A stretch of 64,000 nt of DNA, taken from NCBI GenBank assembly GCA_951406725.2, contig OX597815.1, forward strand, positions 45,570,001 through 45,634,000, read 5' to 3'. The position numbers were made by a program, and so were the translations under genes. Source of the stretch: Octopus vulgaris (taxonomy: Eukaryota). The notes below the pieces were generated by a model. It worked only from the letters and a program-made list of their open reading frames with translations. It did not search any database and had not been told where the DNA came from. Shown here piece after piece: positions 1 through 12,135 of this stretch; the stretch's first letter is position 1, and every line of letters starts with the position of its first letter.

Positions 1-286
1 TTATAGTTTATGAATTAATGAGCTACTTTCTTTCTCCATAAATCCAAGTTAAATTTTACTTTGGTCCAGGCGAGTTTGTATATAATCTGTTACTTCAACA
101 ACAACGGGTAAGAATCTGAACGTGTATCTAGGATACTGGATCGGCAAATTTCTCATCCCTGGCTCATAAGTATCTTCCTTCTCTTCTATCTTCTTGCCAC
201 AGTGACTTCAATTGAACAGCTGATTTCTGTGATCATGTTTTTAATACATGGTCCCAGTTGTACATTAATTTGGTGGCAGATTTTAT

Positions 287-313
287 TTATATATATATAT
301 GTATGTATGTATG

Positions 314-347
<34 letters not shown>

Positions 348-406
348 TGTATGTATGTATGTATGTATGTATGTATGTATGTATGTATGTATGCATGTAT
401 GTATGT
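287..406. repeat. (TA)n/(ATGT)n microsatellite
   Basis: Direct tetranucleotide run; source of the MYVC/HTYI pseudo-ORFs. Confidence 0.95.
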
Positions 407-407
407 C

Positions 408-833
408 ATTATTCAGTTTTATTTCAAGATTTCCTACCAATAGAGAGAAACCCGGTTTCTAACCTAGATCCAAGGCTCCTTCATTGGAATTTCAACAATT
501 TCAACAGGATGTGTTTGTACATACGTATGTATACGTGCAGATTTGTATGTTTTGTTTTATGTATGTCTTCTCATGCACATACTTGCATATCTAGACATGC
601 TCACATATACTTAAATGATAAACTTCTGGAAAGTTTTACAGATTTTTACAGTTCCAGTGATGGCTTGGATCTGAAATCTTCGAATTAACTTTCTCTTTTC
701 TGATTTTGAGAAGCCTAATTTCTCAAGATTAGTATTTAGGCAGTATGTTACATATCCCAGTGCCCCAATAATTACAGGTATAAACCTGAACTTGTAATCT
801 GGATAGAGTAACTGCAGATTTCTCAATAGTTCA
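408..833 (-). mobile_element. 3' end of an RLE-type non-LTR retrotransposon (R4/Dong-like)
   Basis: ORF 611..826 RNLQLLYPDYKFRFIPVIIGALG...LEKLGF...GTVKICK resembles the C-terminus of restriction-like-endonuclease LINEs; followed by a 3' UTR. Confidence 0.75.
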
Positions 834-834
834 G

Positions 835-1345
835 GCTCTCAAACCAGAGCTCCACAGCTGGATGCAGTTTAAAATCATACTGAAGTCTACTCTGACCCGC
901 AGTAGCAGCACCTGGTAGAATCCCAGATATTGGTTACTTAGCACGTAAACCAATGAGAATGAAAGACCCATACTCCACGTTAGAACTTCCTTCTAGGAGA
1001 AGGTAAATTCGTATAAAAAACCCGAAGAGCAGTTGGTTTCTAGTCATCTCAACCGCTGTTGTGTTACTGGTTTCATAGTTTATGGTTCAAAAAGCTGGGC
1101 CCAGTGCTGTGCAACACTTTATCCACTCAAAGCAAATTCATGCGCACAGGAACGTCTTGGACTCTTTTGCACGGACTTACTGAGTTTAGGAAGTGGACTT
1201 ACTCGGACACGAATCGACTTCTATCATGTATGTATGTATGTATGTATGTATGTATGTATGTATGTATGTATGTATGTATGTATGTGTGTGTATGTGCATG
1301 CATGTATGTATGTATGTATTATGTATGTATGTATGTATGTATGTA
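835..1345 (+). mobile_element. Non-autonomous RTE-derived element with (ATGT)n tail
   Basis: Shares CTTCTAGGAGAAGGTAA (990) with the unit at 3053; 3' stem-loop-like CTCGGACACGAA followed by (ATGT)n. Confidence 0.55.
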
Positions 1346-1471
1346 CAGTGATACCTCATTTTACGAAGACCCGCTTTACGAGACACCAGGTTTACGAGTC
1401 TTCTGTTTGCGAGTTTTCTCTTTACGAGTGTTCTCCGGGAACGAATTAACTCGAATATCGGGGCATTACTG
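1346..1471. mobile_element. pogo/Tigger-type MITE (126 bp)
   Basis: TA-CAGTGATACCTC ... GGGGCATTACTG-TA imperfect TIRs with TA TSD; internal TTTACGAG repeats. Confidence 0.75.
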
Positions 1472-1551
1472 TATGTGCTTATGTATATATACATGTACAG
1501 AGGTAAGAATAACAACGTGTGCATATAAGTATGTATGTATATGTATGTGTG

Positions 1552-1878
1552 TGAAGGTGCGTGGCTTAGTGGTTAGGGTATTCAGCTGACGACCGTAAGG
1601 TCGTGATTTCGATTCCATGCAACTCGTTGTGTCTTTGAGCAAAACACTTTACTCCACGTTGCTTCGTTCCACTCAGCTGATAAAAACGAGTTGTACATGT
1701 ATTTCAAAGGGCCAGTCTTGTCACATTCTGTGCCATGCTGAATCTCCCAGGGAACTACGTTAAAGGTGCGCGTGTCTGTGGAGTGCTCAGCCACTTGCAT
1801 GTTAATTTCATGAGCAGGCTGTTCCGTTGATTAGATCAACTTGAACACCTATCGTCCTAACCAACAGAGTACCATTAT
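1552..1878 (+). mobile_element. tRNA-derived SINE (older relative of the 6987 copy)
   Basis: A box TGGCTTAGTGG, B-box-like TTCGATTCC; 3' body homologous to about 7190-7365. Confidence 0.8.
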
Positions 1879-2641
1879 ACGTAACTGTGCATGTATATAT
1901 GTGTGCAGACAACGATATGTTTATATACGTGGAACTCTATGCTTTGACTTATGTATTTGTGTAGATGCATATTTGCATCTTAACATCTGTGGATATATGC
2001 ATTTATTACATGCTAGACTTCGGGAATATTTTACGTATTTTCACACTGCTTTTAACAGCTTATAGCTGGTTTTTTTAATTAGCTCTCCTCTTTCTGGTTT
2101 TGCGAAGCCCACCTAAGACACAGTCAATTACATATGGAAGAGTTCCAATAAATACAGGCTTAATTTTAAAGTCCTGCATATTTTTCATTATGCACTTGTA
2201 GTGTGAGTATGTTTGTTTGTTTGAACTGGGTATGATATTAAACAGTATCCGGTGGTAACGTTCCACTTCGGAGGAGTTGTGAAGAGCGTGTAGTCACTCC
2301 TTTAATTACCATTACTCCTGGATCTGTTCTGATCTGTAACTGTGGCACCCGTCTAAGTCACGTTTATAGGTTAAATAGTTTTCCCAGTAGTACTGAAGGC
2401 TCCCGTTGATTTTAACAAAGCTGCAGAGAAGGTAGCTGTTCTGGAAGAAGATTACTATGACATAAAACTTGAAGTGAAAATAGTACTAGTCATTTTGCAA
2501 TGTTTGTGACTAGAACTACTATAGTGACCGAGAGAGTGGCAAAAGTGCTGTACAAGCTTTTGTCACTTAAATCCAATGACGTACAGTAATCTCACTATCT
2601 AATTTGAGACGGCTATCATCTGACAAGATAAGACAGCCATC

Positions 2642-2674
<33 letters not shown>

Positions 2675-2756
2675 TGTATGTATGTATGTATGTATGTATG
2701 TATGTATGTATGTATGTATGTATGTATGTATGCATGCATGCATGTTTGTATCGATG

Positions 2757-3870
2757 TAGGTCACTTTCGAGTGCTACTGGTAACATGTAAGCCAGTACAA
2801 CCTGTTGCATGGTCGTGTCGTCGGCGACTAAACCGGCAACCCCACCAAGCTTGCTTGGTGAGGAGGGTGTTTATTGGATACCCTGCGGGATGAAAAGCAA
2901 AACCCGTCAAAGGGCGGAGGAACTCTTGAGAGTCAACGGCCATCCAATAAATGTCTTAAGGCTGTATCATGTGCGGGGACATAGAAATAATCGGACTGAA
3001 TACCCGATCGCGCGGTTAAACCATTGGGAGTGAAGGACTTTGTTAGGGCATCCTTCTAGGAGAAGGTAACTCAGGTAACTGGGATAACACCGACATAAAA
3101 CCTGCGGCTCAGTGGTTACCGATGATGTTGACTTGTTCTTCTTTTCGAATTATGGCTTCAGTTGCTTAGTGAGTGGGATTGACTCAGTGCACAGCCTTTC
3201 CTCACTTTAAAAAAATCTTCTTGCACAGGCATTGCACGATGACAACATTGATTAGGCTTCGTGCAATGGCCATACTCGATAACGAGGGGGCAACCACCAT
3301 GTATCGACGTATGTATCGATGTATATATGTATGGGCCAAAGAGTTCATGAGCGGTCAACGGCCATCCATCAATATGTATACATGTGTATGTTTGCATGTA
3401 GGTATGCGCGGGGTGCATGGAAATTCCTGGGTTGGTGTCCAGGCGCACGTTTGGCCCACTAGGAGTGGAAGGCCCCTCTGTTGTTGTCACAACATTTCTC
3501 TAGGAGGGGGAAACTATGAGAGAAAACCTGCGACACAGACAATATTCAATGATGTAGACTAGTTCTTCTTTTCGAGTTTATGCTGTCCATGTTCAGAGAG
3601 TGGAATTGGATTTGTGCTAATCTTTTCCCCACTATAAAAAATCATCATGTACAAGCATCGCTTGAAAAAACGTAATACCTATCACAAAAATGGCTGGTTG
3701 TAGTATTCGCATGGTTAGGATTTTCGATCTGGTGATGGCAATACTCGAACACGAGTTTGCAGCCATTATGTATGTATGTATGTATGTATGTATGTATGTA
3801 TGTATGTATGTATGTATGTATGTATGTATGTATGTATGTATGTATGTATGTATGTATGTATGTATGTATG
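2757..3870 (+). mobile_element. Two tandem non-autonomous RTE-derived units with (ATGT)n-like tails
   Basis: Repeated blocks GTCAACGGCCATCCA (2931, 3354), GTTCTTCTTTTCGA (3134, 3562) and 3' stem-loops CTCGATAACGAG/CTCGAACACGAG before the tails. Confidence 0.6.
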
Positions 3871-3872
3871 TG

Positions 3873-5450
3873 TGATTGTATCTTTACTATCAGACAATTG
3901 CAAGAAAAGTGCATTGAACAGAATCTTGTCCTATATCATTGCTTTGTTGATTTGAGCAAAGCATTCGATGCTATTAATCGAAATGCTTTATGGCTAATTC
4001 TAAGGAAAATAGGTTGTCCAGAAAAATTTGTAAGCATGATCAGGGCATTGCATCAAGATATGACGGCTAGAGTTAACTTTGGCGGTAGGCTCTCTCAATC
4101 TTTTTCCGTGGAAAATGGAGTAAAGCAAGGAGACCTTGATGCACCCACCCTCTTTGCAATATACTTTGCTGTTGTGTTGTCACATGCTTTTCAAAACTTT
4201 GAGGAGAGTATTTACATAAAATATCGAACAACAGGGAATGTTTTTAATCTGACCAGACTGAAATTTAAAACGAAGGTTTTTACTTCACTCATTAGGGAAT
4301 TTTTATGCGCTGACGTTTGCAATATTGTCAGTCATTCTGAAACAGATCTGCAATCTCTTGTATCTGCATTTGACGATCAGCTTGTGGTGATTTTGGCTTG
4401 ACCATCAACTTGAAAAAAAAAAAACCAGTTGTAATGCATCCACCTGCGTGTGGTGCTGTTTGTAAACCCACTAAAATTTTTGATAAGGGTACGTTACTTG
4501 ACGTTGTCGATTCGTTTATTTACCTTGGAAGCTCTGTACAAAATGATGGAAATCTTGATACAGAAATACATCGGCAAATTTAAAGGGCAGCAAAAGCATT
4601 TGGTGGCTTAGAGTCACGCATTTGGTGCTAGTGACATATAAATAACAATACAAAGCTGGCTCTTTACGAATCATTTGTCTTACCATCCCTATTATATTCT
4701 TGTGAAACATGGACTTGTTATGAAAGGTATTTTAAATTGCTAGAACAATTCCACCAAAATTGCCTTCATCGCATTTTGAACATTAAATGGAGTTCTTTTA
4801 CTCCAAACACAGATGTCCTTGCATCACGATATTGGTGTAAACCTAAAAAAAGGTTTAAGAATGGCTTAAGGACTACTATGAAGCCATTTGGAATGGATCC
4901 AGAGGACATAGAAACCCTTGCTTCTGATCGAGCTGGATGGCGAACAAAAGTGTGGAGTGGATTGAAAGCGTTTGAAGAGTTCAAGATAACGCATGCAACG
5001 CTCATAAGAGATTTAAAGAAGAATGTTACAATCGAGAAGGTAAATTACAATGACCTTTTTGTGTGCACAGTTTGTGACAGACCATACCTTTCTTTTGCTG
5101 GGCTCAAATCTCATTTGCGAACTCATGGAAAACGAACCTCTACCAACTACTCTGCCTATATGTCTGTGCACGCCTTTGAATGCAATGCATGCCAGAAGGT
5201 TTGCAAATCTAACGAAGGCCTCAAAAGACATTTTAAAATCCACAAAGATCAGAACTTAACTTGGTGGTCCAAATTGGGTGTGCAATTTATGTAGGGTCTT
5301 TTCAGAACATTGTCTGGTTTAAAAAGCCACTTTAGATGCCATGATGGTTCTAAGGTGTAGGTACAGGAGGTGGTCAAACTCTGCATAAGGAGTAGACAAC
5401 CACCATGTATGTATGTATTTATGTATTTGTATGTAATAGTATGCATGCAT
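3873..5450 (+). mobile_element. 5'-truncated RTE (BovB-like) LINE, pseudogenised RT plus C-terminal C2H2 fingers
   Basis: IFTIRQLQEKCIEQN..FVDLSKAFDAINR..GVKQGD, degenerate catalytic motif (CADV), YLGS; frameshifts and stops; (ATGT)n tail. Confidence 0.93.
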
Positions 5451-5559
5451 ATGTTCCTATGTACGTATATACACGTACATCGGTAAGGATTTGATGTCAT
5501 ACATGTGGATTTGTATGTTTTGACATTCGGATGTGTACACAAATATATGCTTGTATGTC

Positions 5560-6900
5560 TATAGATGTGTATGTGCACTTATATGCTAAGCGTCTTGATC
5601 GTTCAACATATTTTGACAGCTTTTGTAGCAGTAATTTCCTGAATAAGCGTGTTTTCTTTTTTGTCTGAAACCAACTTTTCAAGATTAGTACTGAGACAGT
5701 CACGTGTCCCAATACTCTAATAGTTGTAGGCAGAATCTAAAGCTATAATTCCAATATAGTTACGGCATATTTTTTATCAGTTTGATACAGATATTTTCTT
5801 TTCCATTAATCTTTTACATTATGTTATCATTTGATAGGCAGCTGATTGCAACTGCTATGTCTAATTTCTTCTTTCTGTCCCAGATCATTCGGTCTGGTCT
5901 GTTATGCTTGCATTTTATTGAAATCGCGCTAGGGACACTTCAGCTGTATTCATTCATATTGTGTTTTTATATCCCCTGCATCAGTATAGTTTCTTATATT
6001 TGCCACCTCAAAATTATCTTTTCTACCGATTTCGTTGCATAAGGCTTCAGCCACAACATTTTGGGTAATTTTGTGGTGACATTTTCGGATATCTACTTTT
6101 GATATGTTTGCCATTTCTAGTGTTAATTCCACAGAACCTGTATCGGTTGCCGCATCTAGCTAGTTTACCCACCCTTTTTGTACATTATGTATTTTGTTAT
6201 TATTGCCTGCTCCTGTATTGCAAAAGCTTATCCCCAAACCTGAAAGCAACTGTCCCAGACAGATTACCTTGGTTATTAGTATTGCTGTAACTTCGGTCTT
6301 TTCTGGAAATATATCCATTCGTGTATTCCAGTAAGATTGTGGGGCTTCTCTGTGTATATATCCCTAGTCAGGGATATATATACGTAGAATCAAGTAATAC
6401 TTTCTAAGAAGCTCCTTTCCAACCATCATGCTGAGTTGATCCATGGGTGAATTTTGACATATAGTAGCTTATAAGTTTTTCTAAGAGATATGATGTGATA
6501 TTCAGAGTCTAAGATTCTTCTGCTTTGATAGAAACTGTCTACATCACTGTTGATGTGGAAATTTCTGCTTTTAGTTAACAATTTTCGGGCTTTAACAACA
6601 ATAGCCCGGACCTAATATACTGCAAAAGAAGCTCAAATGCTGACATGAATACTGCTACAGCAAACATATTGTGGACTCTTGATTTGTTGTATGTGGAAAG
6701 TTTTGTGCGCTAAATTTTGCGTTGCTTGTATCTATAGATTTTTTTAATATAAGGAATGAAATTAGGCGAAATTAAGCGCTCACCAGATTTACATATAAAT
6801 AAATGTATGTGGCATATTAACAATGAGGCTAATGGAAAGTTTGATGAATGGATGAGATGTCATTGTTTCCAGTCATATGTTTATTGCTAAAAATTGTATC
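5560..6900 (-). mobile_element. Degenerate RLE (R4/Dong-like) LINE, related to 408-833
   Basis: Minus-strand remnants KCKHNRPD..IWDR..ISC and STNLEK; many stops; boundaries approximate. Confidence 0.6.
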
Positions 6901-6986
6901 GGACACGATCATCGGTGAGGAGCTATATTACTGTAGGAGAGTTGTTTCATGCAAAAAGTTTGGTTAAGTAGGTTCTATTGTGATGT

Positions 6987-7373
6987 AGGAGGCGCAATGG
7001 CCCAGTGGTTAGGGCAGCGGACTCGCGGTCGTAGGATCGCGGTTTCGATTCCCAGACCGGGCGTTGTGAGTGTTTATTGAGCGAAAACACCTAAAGCTCC
7101 ACGAGGCTCCGGCAGGGGTTGGTGGTGATCCCTGCTGTACTCTTTCGCCACAACTTTCTCTCACTCTTTCTTCCTGTTTCTGTTGTACCTGTATTTCAAA
7201 GGGCCGGCCTTGTCACTCTCTGTGTCACGCTGAATATCCCCGAGAACTACGTTAAGGGTACACGTGTCTGTGGAGTGCTCAGCCACTTACACGTTAATTT
7301 CACGAGCAGGCTATTCCTTTGGTCGGATCAACCGGAACCCTCATCGTCGTAACCGACGGAGTGCTTCCATACC
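6987..7373 (+). mobile_element. Young tRNA-derived SINE with 10-bp TSD
   Basis: A box TGGCCCAGTGG, B box GGTTTCGATTCCC; TSD ATTGTGATGT at 6977-6986 and 7374-7383; CpGs intact. Confidence 0.9.
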
Positions 7374-8504
7374 ATTGTGATGTGCAGAAGAGAGAGTGAG
7401 AGAAAGAGAGAGAGGGAATATCACCGCCAGCTAACAGTACAGTCCTTAACCGTTAGCTAATAGGAGTTAGGTCGTTCATGTTGCAGAGACTTCATATTTG
7501 GTGAGTATAGTCAACATTGATATTGATTAAAGCCTAACAAACGTATAACTATATCCTGTTTGTTCTGATGTCTGCTCTCGGTGCTCTCTGTCTTCTCTCA
7601 GACCCATTCTGTCTCTTCCTCTGACTTAGTTTATTCAAACTAGCCCGTCCGTCGCGCCAGCGGCAATGCGACACAAAGTCAGCGGCGTAACCTGACCGGA
7701 TCCTCGACGGCGAAAAAACCCACAATCCCCTTCGCGCATCGAGCTGAGAGCGTGCGCGCCCAAATTAACTGATTTGCTTCAAGCAACTTGAATCTAGCGT
7801 CAACCTTCTCCAGGAAATATTTACTTTTTAAAAAATGCTTTATAATTTGTATGAAAGTTTTACGAACTGGAGAAAACAACCCGAGTTCAAACTGAAGTAG
7901 AAACCGGTTATATGCCGCAGCCCCACCTTCACCTTTTCTTAAACCAACAATTTTGTGTTACGACGATTGTAAACAATTCTTCAATATATTTGCAGACAGA
8001 AAAAATTGCAGGGAACAGCTGCACATACTTTTCAATTATTTTTGAAGTCTTCATCAGGAGCTGTGTATCATTGTTAACTATACATAAACACATTGCTTAT
8101 AAACCCTTTAAAATCAGATGTTAAAATAGAGTTCACTGACCATATGTAACACTTTCTTGACAGTGAGACCAAACATTGAATTAATGGTGTTTCCTTTCTT
8201 TGCAATAATGTTCTACTGTACTGTAGAGCATAACTATGGATTATCTACAGATTGTAGTAGAGAACATAACTATAGCAATTTCTCTATGCAATATAAGCGT
8301 GAATAGAAAATGGTTGGGGTGTTAAATATGCATACTGGCCTATCCATTTACTATACAATCTTTGTACCTTTAATAAGGTGTGTTTGTAAATACTTAACGA
8401 TTCGTGTACCACTTCAAAAAATTCTCGAAAAGAATCAAAATGTGTATTCAGCTGTTCGCCATTTCTCTGTTTGTACTCATTTGTATAACCGAATTGCTTA
8501 CAAT

Positions 8505-8897
8505 TCTCTTTCTCTTTTTACTTGTTTCAGTCATTTGACTGCGGCCATGCTGGAGCACCGCCTTTAATCGAGCAACTCGACCCCGGGACTTATTCTTTTG
8601 TAAGCCCAATACTTATTCTATCGGTCTCTTTTGCCGAACCGCTAAGTGACGGGGACATAAACACACCAGCACCGGTTGTCAAGCAATGCTAGGGGGACAA
8701 ACACACACACCCATATATATATATACATATATACGACGGGCTTCTTTCAGTTTCCGTCTACCAAATCCACTCACAAGGCTTTGGTCGGCCCGAGGCTATA
8801 GTAGAAGACACTTGCCCAAGGTGCCACGCAGTGGGACTGAACACGGAGCTATGTGGTTGGTAAACAAGCTACTTACCACACAGCCACTCCTGCGCCT
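8505..8897 (-). mobile_element. tRNA/CORE-like SINE, the most abundant family in this window
   Basis: Reverse complement reads AGGCGCAGGAGTGGCTGTGTGG...TTCAGTCCC...ACCTTGGGCAAGT...CAAATGACTGAAACAAGTAAAAAGAG; more than 10 copies in the window. Confidence 0.9.
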
Positions 8898-9024
8898 ATT
8901 AACAATTGTTAACTATTTATTACGAAATTCTATAGATATGTATGCATGAGTGCATGTGCGTGTGTGTATGTATAACGATTTTATGTAGGCAACAGTATAG
9001 TTTTATTAATTTGTTAGTGAGTTA

Positions 9025-9408
9025 TCTCTCTATATATAAACGGCAGTTTGTCTGTGCGTGTTTCTGTGTGTCTGTTTGCTTGTACCCTCACCCTGACCAC
9101 GGCTTTCAACCGATTCTGATGAAACTTGACACACACATAGCCCAATGTCATAATTCAAAACTAACGCAGCGAAAATTTTGAAAAGTTCCCCCAGTTCTGA
9201 AAAAAATCGATAAATTCGACATGGGGTCGAGAATCAGGAACACAAACCACAAACTGTGTAGGGGACGCAACTCCACCTTTTTTAACTCTCAAAAAAAATT
9301 TACCATCATTTTTTTCCATTTTTTGGCTATTTTTTGGCTATAACTCTCTAAAAATGCTTTATAGTTATTTCCCTTACAAACCTGAGCAACGCCGGGCGAT
9401 ATTGCTAG
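9025..9408 (+). mobile_element. Non-autonomous Helitron
   Basis: 5' TC, subterminal hairpin CCTGAGCAACGCCGGG, 3' CTAG; inserted between A and T with no TSD. Confidence 0.9.
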
Positions 9409-9798
9409 TACTAAAATACAATTCTCTTTTGCATTAATAGCTATGGCTGATGTTGCCTCATTTTTTTGCCTTTCTTTCCTTTGTTCAGCTAGAAATTAGC
9501 TTTTTCATTTTAAACTAGACTGAATGTGTCTTTATTGAGACCCATCTGAATGCAGCATGCCTAGGTCAACATTTTTAGGTGTGACAAACAGTTAAATAGG
9601 CAGAGTAGTAACGATTATGATTTTTAGGTACAAAAAGACATGTGTTACAAGCGGACGGGGTGGAGAGATAACACACTATATATATCCATGTTCACAAAGA
9701 AATTATACTTACTGAGATGATAAGAGCATTGTTCTCTTTTGTAGCTTATTTCAAGTGAAAGTTAATGAAAGCAGAATAATGAAGCGCATCCATATTAC

Positions 9799-10010
9799 TC
9801 TTTTACTCTTTTACTTGTTTCAGTCATTTTGACTGTGGCCATGCTGGATCACTGCTTTTAGTCGAGCACATCAAACCCAGGACTTATTCTTTGTAAGCCT
9901 AGTAATTATTCCATCGGTCTCTTTTGCCGAACCGCTAAGTTACAGGGACGTAAACATACCACCATCGGTTGTCAAGCGATGTTGGGTGAGAGACAAACAC
10001 AGACACACAA

Positions 10011-10109
<99 letters not shown>

Positions 10110-10266
10110 ACAGGCTTCTTTCGGTTTCCGTCTACCAAATCCACTCACAAGGCTTTGGTCGGCCCGAGGCTATAGTAGAAGATACTTGCCCAAGGTGCCA
10201 CGCAGTGGGAATGAACCCGAAACCATGTGGTTGGTAAGCAAGCTACTTACCATACAGCCACTCCTG
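9799..10266 (-). mobile_element. CORE-like SINE with expanded internal (CA)n(TA)n
   Basis: Homologous to 8505-8897. Confidence 0.9.
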
Positions 10267-10389
10267 TATGTACACAGACATGACAGAAGTAAATAGACAC
10301 CCTTATAATTGTTAAAATTTCTTTAAATCTGAAATTATATATTCACATTGTTTATTAATTATCATAATGTGAACATCTAAAATTTAGCA

Positions 10390-11350
10390 GACATACCCTT
10401 TGCAGTTTTCAATGCAAGGACCCAATTAGGCATGCTACTGATCAGATGACGAATATTCTCTTGAGGAATTTCTTGCTAAGTTTCATGCAGTAATCTCAAA
10501 AGATCTAGCTTTGAGGATGCTTTCTTGTGTTTTTTTTTTTTACCCCAGAGGTGTTCAATAGGTTCTTATCTTGTAACTACTTGGCCATGGAAGCTCTTCA
10601 ATGCCATTCTCTTCCAACCAATCTTGGGTCCTTTTAGCTGTGTGACAAGGAGCTCCATCTTCCATAAATAGTCTTCTTTAATCATTTCACCACTAGAGAA
10701 GGTTGGAAGGAGTCCTTTCTGCAATATGGACACAATTTTATCTAAGTTTATGTTTCCCTCACACTCTACCAGCTCTGATCGACCATTTTTCCAAATTTCT
10801 CCCCAGACCATCACAGAATAGCCGCTGTGTTTCATTGTTGCCTGCAAACTTTTCACATCAAATTCTTGATCAATCTCCAGACCCATGCTCAACCATTGTA
10901 AGAAAATACAGCAAATCTGGACTCATCAGAGAATATGACAGTGTCCCAGAATGCTAGTGGCCTCTCCACCATCTCCCTAGTCCAATCTTTTCTCCGCTTG
11001 ATATTGGCTTGTGGAAGAAATGGCTTGTTTCTTGCTGCTCTGCCATAGTAGCCAAGTTTGTGGAGATATCTGTCAGCTTTTCTGGGACTGACATCAATTT
11101 GTTCTGCTATGTCAGAGGCCTTGCAACAAGGATTATCCTCCACACTTCTCTTAACAAAGGGCCCTGGGCGACCTGGGTGAGGTGATATGGACTCCTTCCA
11201 TTCTCTGATGAATGGCACAATCACTCTATTAACTGCCGAAAGCGGAATCCCAAGGTTTTCTGCGATTTTACGCGAAATCCACTTTCAGATTGACTAACAA
11301 TACGGCCTCTTTGAAATTCAAATAGTTCCAAAGCTTCTTTGTACGTGACA
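10390..11350 (-). mobile_element. Tc1-family transposase relic
   Basis: W..VIFSDESRF, TMKHSGYSVMVWG, and PMD-like ..PIEHLW remnants with frameshifts. Confidence 0.88.
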
Positions 11351-11425
11351 TGATTAAACAGTCACATATGGAAACTGAAACATAAAAATGTCAATTAATA
11401 AAAATATATAAACCTTTTCAAATTA

Positions 11426-12135
11426 AAACAAGAGCACACAGAGAGCGCAAACCTCTGCCAAAGCAACGTCCTCTCAACGGTTAGCAGTTGATTTTTAAAA
11501 TGAGAATATCTCTCTCTATATAAACGGCAGTTTGTCTGTGCGTGTTTCTGTGTGTCTGTTTGCTTGTACCCTCACCCTGACCACGGCTTTCAACCGATTC
11601 TGATGAAACTTGACACACACATAGCCCAATGTCATAATTCAAAACTAACGCAGCGAAAATTTTGAAAAGTTCCCCCAGTTCTGAAAAAAATCGATAAATT
11701 CGACATGGGGTCGAGTATCAGAAACATAAACCGTCTAGGGGACGCAACTCCACCTTTTTTTACTCTCAAAAAAATTTACCATCATTTTTTTCCATTTTTT
11801 GGCTATAACTCTCTAAAAATGCTTTATAGTTATTTCCCTTACAAACCTGAGCAACGCCGGGCGATACTGCTAGTCTGAAATAAACTCGACTGCTCTCACA
11901 AACGGGAATACTAAAAATTAACCCGACCGCTCTCAAAAATTAAGTAAATAAAACCGGGAAAATCTGGTCCTAGACCGATCCCAAAATCTAATCAGTTGGT
12001 GCCAGTAATGAGACCAAACATCCCTGAAAATTTCAGCCGAATCCATCCAGCGGTTCTTGTGATATCTTGTTCACGGACAAACAATCAAACAAACACGACT
12101 GAAACAATACCTCCGCCTTCGCGGCTACGTCGGAG
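11426..12135 (-). mobile_element. Helentron/HINE-like non-autonomous element hosting a Helitron
   Basis: Subterminal ACCTCYGCC motifs at both ends; terminal hairpin GCGCTCTCTGTGTGC then TCTTGTTT on the minus strand; (CAAA)-type microsatellite. Confidence 0.6.
11509..11873 (+). mobile_element. Non-autonomous Helitron, near-identical to 9025-9408
   Basis: TC...hairpin...CTAG at an A|T site. Confidence 0.9.

Noticed and set aside
186-3914. ORFs rich in MYVC or HTYI repeats (also YI, HT and VC ORFs elsewhere in the window)
   Set aside because: They are translations of (ATGT)n, (TA)n and (CA)n microsatellites, not proteins.
6988-7065. tRNA gene
   Set aside because: The tRNA-like head continues into a SINE body with a TSD and has a homologue at 1552.
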